Positions 18,472 to 28,167 of a stretch of DNA of 56,481 nucleotides are shown piece after piece. Position 1 is the first letter of the stretch; every line of letters starts with the position of its first letter. This stretch comes from Candidatus Hodarchaeota archaeon. Its GTDB lineage: Archaea > Asgardarchaeota > Heimdallarchaeia > Hodarchaeales > Hodarchaeaceae. A program made the position numbers and the translations under genes. The DNA is taken from contig JAEOTM010000033.1 in NCBI GenBank assembly GCA_016839815.1, positions 1 through 56,481 of the forward strand. Reading direction: 5' to 3'. The notes under the pieces are model-generated. The model was not told where the DNA came from and did not search any database. It was given only the letters and a program-made list of their open reading frames with translations.

Positions 18472-20496
18472 CTAGAACTTTTTCATAAGAATATGCCCAT
18501 CTTGAAGGATTTCAGCTATCCATCCTTCCTCAACTAGCACAGTGGAATCTGCCTGTTCAATAATACTTGGCCCATCAATTTTATTTCCTGAAAGCAGAAA
18601 TTCCTTTTGATATACCTTTGCTTCCTGCCATTCACCATCTAGATAAACCTTACGTACGTCTACTATGCTTTCTGAAGGAGGAAATTTCTTACCTAGTGGT
18701 AATTTGGCTAAAGTAAACTTGGGTAATTTAACAATTGCTGAAACACGAATATTAATCAACTCATGGGGAGCCTCTGGAGTTGAATATCCATATGCCTGTT
18801 CATGGGTAATATCGAATGATTCTTGCATATCCTGCACTTTTTCACTGTAAGGGACAGTAATCTCGTAAGATTGTCCCACAAGTCGAATATCGACATCTTT
18901 TACAATCAATATGTCCTTTTCTTGAAATCCATCATCTACACATAATTCTATTCCCTTTTGAATCAACTCGGTGAATGAAGATTCTAAATGAGGCTTAATT
19001 GATTTCGTTAATGGCTTAATAATAGATTTTGTCAAATCGTGTTTTATATTAGCGTTCAATAAGCCAAAAGCAGACCATACTCCTGGATAAGGAGGAATAA
19101 TTACTTGTGACATTGAAAGACGTCGAGCAAGAGAACAAGCATGTAATGGTCCCCCTCCTCCAAAGCAACACAGTGTGAAGTTTCGACTATCTAATCCTTT
19201 TTCAGTACTTACTTTTCGTAAGGCTAAAGCGACGTTATTTTCAAAAACCTCAATTACTCCTTCCGCAGCTTCCTCTATAGAATGTAGTGATAATTCCTTT
19301 GTAAGTTTAGCTAATACCTCTTCCGATTTTTTAGGGTGTATTTTTATCCTCCCATCACAGAAATAATCAGGATTTAATAAGCGTCTCACCAAATTCGCAT
19401 CTGTAACCGTAGGTTTTAATCCCCCTTTGTCATAACAAGCTGGACCTGGATCAGCTCCAGCACTCTCCGGACCAACATGTAATATTCCATATTTGAACCT
19501 AGCAATAGATCCTCCTCCTGCACCGATGGTCTTGACAGCAATAGCTGGTAAACTAATCGGATATCCTGAAATTTCATTTTCGGTGGTTATTTCAATCTTA
19601 CCATTTACAATACTTGCGACATCTGTAGATGTTCCACCAATATCCACTGTTAGTATATTATCGAGATGTAACAACTGGGAAGAATATGATCCGCCAAGAA
19701 CCCCTCCAGCCAATCCCGAGAGAATGGTTTCCACAGATTTTTCTGAAGCATTTCTAATCTGAGTAACCCCACCAGATGATAATAGAACTAATGGAGGATT
19801 TGGAATATTCTGTCTTTGGATTACTTTTAGGAAGGATCCAAAGTAGTTTTTCATCAGGGGAGCTATATAGGCATCTAGAACAGTCACACTCGTACGATCA
19901 TATTCTCGAAATACAGGAAATACCCAGCTTGATCGTGAAACATGCAAATCTGGAAGTTTGTTTTTTATTCTCTGGGTTATTTGAATTTCATGTTTCGGAT
20001 TGAAGAATGAAAACAATAATGAAACTGCTACTGACTCTATTCCAAGATCTTGAACTTTTTTGATAATTGAGAGAAGATCATCCACTTTCAAAGGGGTAAT
20101 TATTTTTCCTTCAGAGTTCAATCGCTCTCTGATTCCAAATCTATAGTCTTTTGGGATAAGAGGCTCAACCCTTTCAGGATAAAATGAATAAAGGTTTAAG
20201 CGATTCTGACGTCCAATCTCAATAATATCTGTAAATCCTTTGGTAGTAATTAATGCTGTTTTTACTCCTTTCTTTTCTAAGATAGCATTTGTAGCTACAG
20301 TTGTTCCATGTACAACCACATCCAAATCAGAAAGACAAACTTCTTTCTCTTTAAACAGCTCTAAACCTAGATGTGTACCAATAGATTGATTTTCTGGTGT
20401 ACTTGAAATTTTATGGAGGTGAACTTCTCCTTTTTCTGGATCAATGATTATAAAATCGGTAAAAGTTCCACCAATATCGATACCTAAGCACTTCAT
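18472..20496 (-). CDS. Hydantoinase A/oxoprolinase family protein
   Basis: GIDIGGTFTD, HGTTVATNA, DIGGTSTD, GAGGGS, ESAGADPGPACY. Confidence 0.92.
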   Translation of the reverse strand: MKCLGIDIGGTFTDFIIIDPEKGEVHLHKISSTPENQSIGTHLGLELFKEKEVCLSDLDVVVHGTTVATNAILEKKGVKTALITTKGFTDIIEIGRQNRLNLYSFYPERVEPLIPKDYRFGIRERLNSEGKIITPLKVDDLLSIIKKVQDLGIESVAVSLLFSFFNPKHEIQITQRIKNKLPDLHVSRSSWVFPVFREYDRTSVTVLDAYIAPLMKNYFGSFLKVIQRQNIPNPPLVLLSSGGVTQIRNASEKSVETILSGLAGGVLGGSYSSQLLHLDNILTVDIGGTSTDVASIVNGKIEITTENEISGYPISLPAIAVKTIGAGGGSIARFKYGILHVGPESAGADPGPACYDKGGLKPTVTDANLVRRLLNPDYFCDGRIKIHPKKSEEVLAKLTKELSLHSIEEAAEGVIEVFENNVALALRKVSTEKGLDSRNFTLCCFGGGGPLHACSLARRLSMSQVIIPPYPGVWSAFGLLNANIKHDLTKSIIKPLTKSIKPHLESSFTELIQKGIELCVDDGFQEKDILIVKDVDIRLVGQSYEITVPYSEKVQDMQESFDITHEQAYGYSTPEAPHELINIRVSAIVKLPKFTLAKLPLGKKFPPSESIVDVRKVYLDGEWQEAKVYQKEFLLSGNKIDGPSIIEQADSTVLVEEGWIAEILQDGHILMKKF

Positions 20497-20646
20497 CAGT
20501 TTACCCAGTGTTCTAACTTAATTAATGCAGAATTCGACTTTAAGGAGAGAATTTTAAAACGAAATCAATTTAAAATTCAGTAAACAATAATCTAAAGAAA
20601 GTTATATCTCTTTACCTAAAAGAAAATTTGTACTCTGTCAGCAGAA

Positions 20647-21621
20647 TTATGCAATTGCAAAACTGAGAGCAAACAACACACCGAAAACAAAATGAATTAA
20701 AATTGTTTGTCCATTAGCAGGTAGTAGCTCCTTGATTTTATCATAATTCTCATTTGCGTGAGTCACAGCTTTGATTGCTACCGGAACTGTTATTATAGGG
20801 AGAAGTGTGATAATAGGGAACCATGATAATGCAACAAATATTATAAGTGTAATGTAAGCTAATATCATTCCTATTGAATAAATTTTGATAGATTTCTTCT
20901 TACCAAGAGCCACTACTAAAGTATTCTTGCCTGCTTTGGCATCAGCTTCTGAATCCTGAAATTCATTCAAGAATAACACCAGAGAGATTAATATTGCAAT
21001 AGGTATAGAGGCTAGGAGTAAGGCACTTGAATTGACATGCCCCATCTGTATGTAATAAGCAGAAAAAACACCAAGTGGCCCAAAACCAACAAAGACCGCT
21101 ATTTCTCCCAATCCACGATAACTAAGACTAACTGGTAATGCTGTATAAAAGAATCCCAATAATACCGCCACAGAAAGAAATATAACTAATAAGTAACCTT
21201 GAATTAAGAATAAAATGACAAGTGCTGTTATAGATCCTATTATATAGGATAAAATGGACGCAATTAGTATTTTACGTGGAGCAATAATTTCATTTTGTAT
21301 CATTCGTGATCCCCCGTTAAACTGTGAATAATATTCGTTTATGTCATCTGTTGAACGATCATAATAGTCGTTTGCAAGGTTTGTACCTGCATGTATAGAT
21401 ACTCCTGCAACTAACGTTAACAGACCAAGAATAAAATCAAATGTGGCGGTTTCATAATAAGCGATGGCCATTCCAAGGAGCAATGGAACAATCGAGGCTG
21501 TGAAAAAAGGAGCTCTAAGCGCAAAGATCCAAATTTGGACTTTTTGGATAAAAGATGATTGGATTTGCTCATCTTGGGCTGCTAAATGTATCGACACATC
21601 CGTCATGAAATGATTCACCAA
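20647..21621 (-). CDS. menA: 1,4-dihydroxy-2-naphthoate prenyltransferase (MenA/UBIAD1-like)
   Basis: ALRAPFFTAS, NLANDYYD, GGSR, YRGLGE, NEFQDSEADAKAGKNTL. Confidence 0.85.
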   Translation of the reverse strand: MVNHFMTDVSIHLAAQDEQIQSSFIQKVQIWIFALRAPFFTASIVPLLLGMAIAYYETATFDFILGLLTLVAGVSIHAGTNLANDYYDRSTDDINEYYSQFNGGSRMIQNEIIAPRKILIASILSYIIGSITALVILFLIQGYLLVIFLSVAVLLGFFYTALPVSLSYRGLGEIAVFVGFGPLGVFSAYYIQMGHVNSSALLLASIPIAILISLVLFLNEFQDSEADAKAGKNTLVVALGKKKSIKIYSIGMILAYITLIIFVALSWFPIITLLPIITVPVAIKAVTHANENYDKIKELLPANGQTILIHFVFGVLFALSFAIA

Positions 21622-21732
21622 GTAAATGCTTTAATGAACACTTACAGAAGATTAAAATGGTTATTGATAATTCCTTGTTTACAACGATTACAATTTCTTG
21701 TTCTTGTACTCTATGCAAAATAGGTTAGTAAA

Positions 21733-21939
21733 ATGGTATCTACACGAGTACTTTCAATCAGAATCAATAAAAAAACCCTAGAACACTTAGAAAAGAACGC
21801 AAAAATACTCAACTTAAAAATATCAGTCTTAGCTGCAAAAGTTCTTGAAGAAAAAACTGATGAATGGTCAAAAGAATATGCAACAAGGATTTATCACGAA
21901 CTTGGACTCGATCAAGAAGGTATTTTGAGAGATGAGTAG
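21733..21939 (+). CDS. Ribbon-helix-helix-like small protein
   Basis: N-terminal strand TRVLSIRI followed by two helices; overlaps the next gene. Confidence 0.6.
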   Translation: MVSTRVLSIRINKKTLEHLEKNAKILNLKISVLAAKVLEEKTDEWSKEYATRIYHELGLDQEGILRDE

Positions 21940-22720
21940 TATGACTGTTTTGGAAACGTTAGTACTAGGTATCCCTCTTTTGGTTAATTCTGGTTTCTCC
22001 CTACTTCATAGTGTATCATTTTTTCGGCTCTTTAAACAAAAGGAGGAGCCTGTCCTTTTGCACATTTCGATTATTTTTATCTCAGTTAGTCTGCTATTCT
22101 TTTTCTTTCTATTAGCTGTTCTAATCCCTGATACCCCTTCAATTGATTTTTTCCTTGTCGCAAACGTATTTGTTTGGATTATTTTCATGGAAGTCGGAAA
22201 TGCATATTTTTCTGCGTTTTTAAATTGCACTAACCTTTTAGAAAAATACACACTCCCATTATTTGGGGGATCTATTGGTATGGCGGTTTTTACATTGATT
22301 AATCGCAGTACTTACCTTTTAATTGATCCAGTTCGAATTGAGATCTTTTTGTACTTAGGTAGTTTTATCTCGATAATTTATCTTTTAGTTCGGGCTTATA
22401 TGAGAGTTAACCTGATTTTAAATAACTTTGAAGATGAAGAAATCAAGCTTATGCTACTTACACAAAGAGTTTTCAGCATTGGCGCTTTTATATTAGTTTA
22501 TACATGTCTTTCTGTTTTTTGCTGGTTGGTATTTAAAGGAATTGAGCAATTGGACTTAATCCTGACTTCTTGGAATATTTATGATTGGTTGGTATACTTA
22601 AACGTAATTTTTTATCTGGTAATTATCCTTGGCGCTTTCATTTCTTCAAAAAGGATAGACTACCTCCAAATTGACTTGCTGTCAATCTTAAACATTCTAG
22701 ATTCACCAAAGACTACCTAG
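21932..22720 (+). CDS. Multi-pass (about 7 TM) membrane protein of unknown function
   Basis: About seven long hydrophobic stretches. Confidence 0.7.
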   Translation: MSSMTVLETLVLGIPLLVNSGFSLLHSVSFFRLFKQKEEPVLLHISIIFISVSLLFFFFLLAVLIPDTPSIDFFLVANVFVWIIFMEVGNAYFSAFLNCTNLLEKYTLPLFGGSIGMAVFTLINRSTYLLIDPVRIEIFLYLGSFISIIYLLVRAYMRVNLILNNFEDEEIKLMLLTQRVFSIGAFILVYTCLSVFCWLVFKGIEQLDLILTSWNIYDWLVYLNVIFYLVIILGAFISSKRIDYLQIDLLSILNILDSPKTT

Positions 22721-22729
22721 ATACTGATT

Positions 22730-23332
22730 TTGATGACACGAAAAATAAAGATCCTGTGTATAGGTGATAGTCATACAGCAGGATTTCCTCAATTTGATCC
22801 TCATTTTGGTGGAATCCCAGAAAGTACATACGAATTCTGGTTGGAAGTCGCCCTTCAAAAGAATTTTCCGAAGCTAATCGTTGAATTGGATAATGAAGGA
22901 GTATGTGGTGAATTTTCAAGCGATATATATCATCGATTACTAGCAATCTCCAATTTAACTCAATATACATGCGTATTGTTTTGGGGAGGAGCTAATGATC
23001 TTGGTATGGGAAGAAACCCTAAAGATATATGGTATACCATTGAGGGAGCCCATCAGTACTGTAACTCAATCCAAGTTCCTTGTTTCTTGTTTACAATTCC
23101 TCCCATGAATATCATTGGTCTAGAAAAACAAGTTCTTCAACTGAATCAGTTCATCCAAACACACGTTACTGACCATGTAGTCGATGTTTATCCGAAATTG
23201 GAACAAGATGGAAAATTAAAAGCAGAATTTGGGGTTGGAGATGGAGTCCACTTATCCATTCAAGGATACAAAACAGTAGCTGAGGTAGCATATCACATTC
23301 TATGTGATTTTCTCCCAAAAGAAATATCATGA
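22730..23332 (+). CDS. SGNH/GDSL hydrolase
   Basis: GDSHTAG, GVCGE, GGANDL, DGVH. Confidence 0.9.
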   Translation: MMTRKIKILCIGDSHTAGFPQFDPHFGGIPESTYEFWLEVALQKNFPKLIVELDNEGVCGEFSSDIYHRLLAISNLTQYTCVLFWGGANDLGMGRNPKDIWYTIEGAHQYCNSIQVPCFLFTIPPMNIIGLEKQVLQLNQFIQTHVTDHVVDVYPKLEQDGKLKAEFGVGDGVHLSIQGYKTVAEVAYHILCDFLPKEIS

Positions 23333-23383
23333 AGAATTAGAATGATTTGTGTCTCTTTAAGACTGAATTTCTACTATATTTTG

Positions 23384-24181
23384 TCAGATTAACTTTTGTA
23401 CTGTATCAGGTGTAGGTTTAAAATATTCTCCTCGCTTTAATGCCCTATCGATGGCTTGTTCTACCAAGTTGTAATTAACTCCCTTTTCATTTGCTAAAGC
23501 CCGTAATTTGGATAGTTCAAATGGTTCACTACCAATAGCATCCAGAATTTTATCCAAATCCGTTGTTTTTTCACTTAAATAGCGATAACTCTGTTTAATT
23601 TCTGGTACTTGCTCCGATTGAATCGTTTTTTTCTCAAGTGAGGTTTTAATTAGTGCTTCAATCGAATCACCAGGATTTTCTGCTTTATCTAAATAACAGT
23701 CGAGATGCGAATATTTATTCGAGATAAATCGTCTTCCATCATCCAATTCAATCAGTGTTGGTTCTGCAACCCTTATAGTTCCTTTCTCAATTTTTTCTTC
23801 ACATTGCTTACATCTCCCACGTGAACTTTTTGCATATTCTAGAAGGGGATTCTGTACAGGTTGCTCAGATTTCAATTCATTCGAAGGTTTCTTCTCCATT
23901 AGTTGATTAAGCGAGGCAAGTATCTGAGCTCGTAAATCTGGATCAGCATTATCTTCTTCCTTTGTTAGGAATGAGATAACATTTTGCATCTCATAACGAG
24001 GAGTACAGTTCACGTGATAGTACCGATAGGAGGTAATTACTTCCCCTTTGGGAGTGGTGAATGGAAAAGGGATCCCTATCCTAGGATCATCCTTGATTAT
24101 ATTTTCCTGACACCCCCGACATTTAGATCTTCCTGACTTTGCATTTTCTACTTTTGGACGCTCTAATCTTTCACCTGACAT
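23384..24181 (-). CDS. Tandem PARP-type zinc finger protein with a C-terminal winged helix
   Basis: Two ExAKSxRxxCxxC...HxxC fingers (C21/C24/H56/C59 and C124/C127...HLDC); C-terminal AIDRALKRGEYFKPTP. Confidence 0.85.
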   Translation of the reverse strand: MSGERLERPKVENAKSGRSKCRGCQENIIKDDPRIGIPFPFTTPKGEVITSYRYYHVNCTPRYEMQNVISFLTKEEDNADPDLRAQILASLNQLMEKKPSNELKSEQPVQNPLLEYAKSSRGRCKQCEEKIEKGTIRVAEPTLIELDDGRRFISNKYSHLDCYLDKAENPGDSIEALIKTSLEKKTIQSEQVPEIKQSYRYLSEKTTDLDKILDAIGSEPFELSKLRALANEKGVNYNLVEQAIDRALKRGEYFKPTPDTVQKLI

Positions 24182-24281
24182 TCTTAACCATATCTGTGAA
24201 AATTTTTACAGTAATACTCTGAATAACACTTAATGACATTAAAAATATTTCTCAAGCAGCAAGGATCAAATCCAAGGAAAA

Positions 24282-25235
24282 TCAAGATAAGAATGTGAAA
24301 CGTGTAGTCTTTATATTGCTTGAAATTGAACCAGGAGGCGAGGAATATAGTTTAGTTGCTTTTATAAACTTTTCAAGATTATTTGTTATGAATGTGATCA
24401 TTTCGGTTTTCAAAATATCAAAATCATACAGATCAGGAATAATATAGGTAAAAAATACGAAGATCTTATCGTAACACTTGAAATGCCAGATCACAGAATC
24501 ATGTAACCTTTTTGCTCCTATTAAAGTCAAATTTTCACGATATTTCTTCATCAAATATTCTCTCTTGATATATTGAGAGATAGAATTTAGTAAAGGATCC
24601 GCAACTCCCTGTAATTCTTGTTGTTTTGCAGTAGAAAATAAATAATTGCCTTGATCATCGTAAACAAGAATAAATGACACAAATTCAGCTAGATCAATCT
24701 TAATCTTACTCAATATATGCTTGTATATTGCCGCATCTTCACCTAAGGGCCCTCCCATTATCTCCTCAAAATTTCGCTCCCAAGAGTCTGTTTCTGGTAA
24801 ATTTGTATCTGTTTGAAAAGGAACATATTGACTTAATAGAGTTCCAGGGAGTTGTTGAAATTCTGGTGTTGTAGACATTGAAAGAAGACTTATACCACTT
24901 TCAGCCTTCGCATAGTCGACATAGATTGGTGAATTCGGCTTATCTGTCAAAGGGGTTAATGTTGGTTTAATTATATCTTTGAGTTGAATAATTGCTTCAA
25001 GTAAGCCTGAAATAAGAACGATATTCTCATTATTAGCTCGAGTAGAAGGTGTATCTTTGTATGTAATATCACCAAGCTCATTTACTTGCACAAAACGAGT
25101 ATAAACTGGCAAACCTCCCTCATCAGACAGAATAACTAGTAAATCCGATCCACGAAGTGATTTTGATTCCAAAAGTATGGCTTTTTCCTTCTTCGATCTG
25201 AGGGAGGATAGCTCACTAATTGGGTTTTCCTTCAA
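24282..25235 (-). CDS. Putative tandem longin/roadblock-like domain protein
   Basis: LLVILSDEGGLPVYTRF...LISGLLEAIIQL and FILVYDDQGNYLFS...LLNSISQYI both follow the longin b1-b2-aA pattern. Confidence 0.5.
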   Translation of the reverse strand: MKENPISELSSLRSKKEKAILLESKSLRGSDLLVILSDEGGLPVYTRFVQVNELGDITYKDTPSTRANNENIVLISGLLEAIIQLKDIIKPTLTPLTDKPNSPIYVDYAKAESGISLLSMSTTPEFQQLPGTLLSQYVPFQTDTNLPETDSWERNFEEIMGGPLGEDAAIYKHILSKIKIDLAEFVSFILVYDDQGNYLFSTAKQQELQGVADPLLNSISQYIKREYLMKKYRENLTLIGAKRLHDSVIWHFKCYDKIFVFFTYIIPDLYDFDILKTEMITFITNNLEKFIKATKLYSSPPGSISSNIKTTRFTFLS

Positions 25236-25365
25236 ATCAACTGGTCTCCGAGACTAGTAAGTACTCTATCTAGTGATCACATATATCTTAGAATACCTCT
25301 TCCTATAAAAATAAATCTAGTAAAACAATCCGAGGATCGATCTCTTTATCTATAGTAAACATTTG

Positions 25366-26379
25366 TTAAAAGAAACCATGTTCTAAGAGATCTTCCCATT
25401 TTAATTGGTGAAAGAGATAAAGAAATTCTTTAAATGTAATAATAGGTTTTAAATATCGAATCTTGTCATCAATAGCAATACGAGGGCAAGCAGTTACAAC
25501 CCAAGCTTCAATGTTGGTAAAATTTGATAACATCTGTGGATTTATATTTTCAGCGACGACAGTTAAACTTTCTAACTTTCTCTCTGATAATAGTGATTGA
25601 ATATTTCCAATCATATTCTGATTGAGCTGACCAAGTTTTGAACTTCCGATTATTCCCCATTTTTTAATGTTTCTCACTTTTGTAAGGAGTGTAAAACGTT
25701 GACGAATTACTTTAGTATGCTCTTCTTCCCCATAGGTCTTAATCCCTCCACTATAAGGATTGAATTGCATCAAAGGTTTGCTAGTATTTAGTAAAATCCC
25801 ATGAGTGTGAAAATATCCAGCATGAATACTAACAAAGCCATCACACTTTTCATCTCCTATTTGAAGTGAATGGACGTTGCATCCTAAAATTTGCCCTTCC
25901 TTGTATCTAATGATTTGAAAATTATACTCGGTAAGTTTCTCTTCTAATTTATCCAAGCTCTTTATATGTTGAATAGTTGACGCCAAACCGATAGTTTTCC
26001 ATTTTTTTTTCCGAATTTCATCAATAAGAGAATTGTAATCCAACTCTTGGGGTGGAACATAATAAGCTGGTATTATCATAATATCAATCAGGTCAGATTG
26101 AACTGAACTTACCTGACTGTGAAATCCAAACTCCGAATGACCAAAATGGATTAATAGATCACAATTAAGACGTTTTGCTAGAGCAATAGCCAGATCACAG
26201 ACACCATAGCTGGGATCTCCCGCAGTGTAAACCTGAATTCCCTCGTCAGAAAGGACTTTCTGTACCTGATTCAAAGGTTCATCTAGCATACCCTCCGGAA
26301 ATTGTAGTAGAACTGATTTATAATCATTATCTCGTACTTTTTGCACAATTCGATCAGTTTGTAATTCATAATCATTCAA
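25366..26379 (-). CDS. dph2: Diphthamide biosynthesis enzyme Dph2
   Basis: LLQFPEG, YGVCD, HFGH, GQILGC, TACPRI (three Fe-S cysteines). Confidence 0.92.
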   Translation of the reverse strand: MNDYELQTDRIVQKVRDNDYKSVLLQFPEGMLDEPLNQVQKVLSDEGIQVYTAGDPSYGVCDLAIALAKRLNCDLLIHFGHSEFGFHSQVSSVQSDLIDIMIIPAYYVPPQELDYNSLIDEIRKKKWKTIGLASTIQHIKSLDKLEEKLTEYNFQIIRYKEGQILGCNVHSLQIGDEKCDGFVSIHAGYFHTHGILLNTSKPLMQFNPYSGGIKTYGEEEHTKVIRQRFTLLTKVRNIKKWGIIGSSKLGQLNQNMIGNIQSLLSERKLESLTVVAENINPQMLSNFTNIEAWVVTACPRIAIDDKIRYLKPIITFKEFLYLFHQLKWEDLLEHGFF

Positions 26380-26520
26380 TCAGAGATCCCTCAAAATTGA
26401 AATCAGAATATATTCTTCAATATCGTTAGAATTAGGATTATACTTTTACTAAAAATTGATTCCCATTCCTATTGAAAACTAAAAGAATTTAAATAACGTC
26501 AGAGAATTAACTGACTTACT

Positions 26521-27453
26521 TTGTTAGAAACTCTCTTAATTGATCAAGGCGTCTTAAGTACCTCTGAAAGGAGAAAATTGTTATGTATGCCTGATGATAC
26601 TTTTTTTAGGACTCATAAACATAAGCTTTACAGAGAGTTTCTTGGATTTCCACGCTATTCAGTGATTTCACGCAAATACACAGAGGAATTTAACAAAGAG
26701 AATGATTCGACCTGTTCATTAGATTCCCTTTTTATTTGTGATGGGGCAACTGCACAGAATTCTGCACAATTCTTTTTTCCAATAGCAAAAAAGCTAAATC
26801 TATCCATTATCGGGACCAATCTCGATTTCACAGAACTTCCAAAGTTACGTTTTGAATCACAATTAGCAAAAGAAGATTTTGAGCCATTTGCTCCATATTC
26901 GTTACTTACGGATAAAAATACACATCCTACAACCACTCAAGGGCATGATATTGATGCTTGTACAAGTTTTTTGCCTACTTCAAGCAAATTATCAATAGAG
27001 AAGGGTAATGACTATCCAGCAGAACATAAAATCGCTACAGGGGCTATTAAGGATTCTAATGAATTCTTCCCTAGACATTTTAATATCGCTCGCTTAAATA
27101 TTGGTGATTTTGTAGAATATCGCCAAATCTTTACTCGTAATTGGCCTGATATGGACATGAATACACAAGAAGTTAAGAACTTGATTCTTCAAGAGGTAGA
27201 GAAGGTACTTTCAGCATTTAGTGTTGAAATTTTACATATCTCACTCTATAAGCTAGCTCGGTATTATAAATTGAGTGAGAAAACGAATAAATCCGTTGTA
27301 GAGCTCACAGATGAGATGAAACACTCTTGGAACTATACAGAATCTCTCTTAGTTCATAATCCAACACGTAGAATATGGGAGGAAGAACCCATTCATGCGT
27401 TGCAACACTTTTTTAACACACCAGGGTATTTAATTTTATTTAATCCATACTGA
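26521..27453 (+). CDS. Hypothetical protein, possibly a degenerate class I (CheR-like) methyltransferase fold
   Basis: DTFFR...LFICDGATA...IIGTNLD...FNIARLN order loosely matches SAM-MTase motifs. Confidence 0.4.
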   Translation: MLETLLIDQGVLSTSERRKLLCMPDDTFFRTHKHKLYREFLGFPRYSVISRKYTEEFNKENDSTCSLDSLFICDGATAQNSAQFFFPIAKKLNLSIIGTNLDFTELPKLRFESQLAKEDFEPFAPYSLLTDKNTHPTTTQGHDIDACTSFLPTSSKLSIEKGNDYPAEHKIATGAIKDSNEFFPRHFNIARLNIGDFVEYRQIFTRNWPDMDMNTQEVKNLILQEVEKVLSAFSVEILHISLYKLARYYKLSEKTNKSVVELTDEMKHSWNYTESLLVHNPTRRIWEEEPIHALQHFFNTPGYLILFNPY

Positions 27454-27578
27454 TGGTGAATTGGTAGTTTTTTTATCAGACTTCATCATTTCTTTCACAA
27501 CAGATATTAGATCAATCATTGGTAAGTAATATATCTAAAAAATGAAAATATACTACTGTTAGAGAGGTGGAACTAAAG

Positions 27579-28094
27579 ATGGAAGTTGAACCCCTTAAGA
27601 TGGAAGAGATAATTCCGACTATTGAACGAGTGAAAAATACCATTGTATCAATGGAAAATAATCTAAGTAAGGCCCAAAAGGAATTAGAGGAGAAAGAAAG
27701 TGCCCTGAGAGAGCGAGAAGATAAATTAAACCAAGCAAATCTACAAAAACAACAGCTTGAATTTGATTATATCTCACTCGAAACTGAATTTAAAAAAATC
27801 TCAGAGTTATTTAGCGAACTTTCTGGACAACAGGAAACCTCATTAGATATTAAGCAATTACTAGGAATATATATTACTCTATTAGAAAAGGTTTTTACTG
27901 GTAAGCCGCATGCAAAGATTCTTTATCTCTTACACGGTGATAAAGCCGAGATGACTCGTGAAGAGTTAACTAAAACCACTGGTTTTTCTGCAGCAATCGT
28001 TCTTCATTCCCTCCACGAACTTCATCGGGCAGAATTAATTAATTATGATGAAGAGAAAGGAATGGCCAACCTGGTGAATAGAATTTACGAATAA
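27579..28094 (+). CDS. Coiled-coil protein with a C-terminal winged HTH
   Basis: Heptad-rich N-terminal half; KILYLLH...MTREELTKTTGFSAAIVLHSLHELHRAELINYD; GAGGTGG SD. Confidence 0.7.
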   Translation: MEVEPLKMEEIIPTIERVKNTIVSMENNLSKAQKELEEKESALREREDKLNQANLQKQQLEFDYISLETEFKKISELFSELSGQQETSLDIKQLLGIYITLLEKVFTGKPHAKILYLLHGDKAEMTREELTKTTGFSAAIVLHSLHELHRAELINYDEEKGMANLVNRIYE

Positions 28095-28167
28095 CGATAG
28101 TATAGCATGAAAACATATTGTGTAGGTAATATCCGCTATTATATCGTATGTCGTCAAATAAGCTGCT

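Noticed and set aside
28095-28167. Possible dif site upstream of xerA (TAATA-TCCGC-TATTA dyad)
   Set aside because: The symmetry is short and does not fit the 11-6-11 arm/spacer layout; expected by chance in AT-rich DNA.
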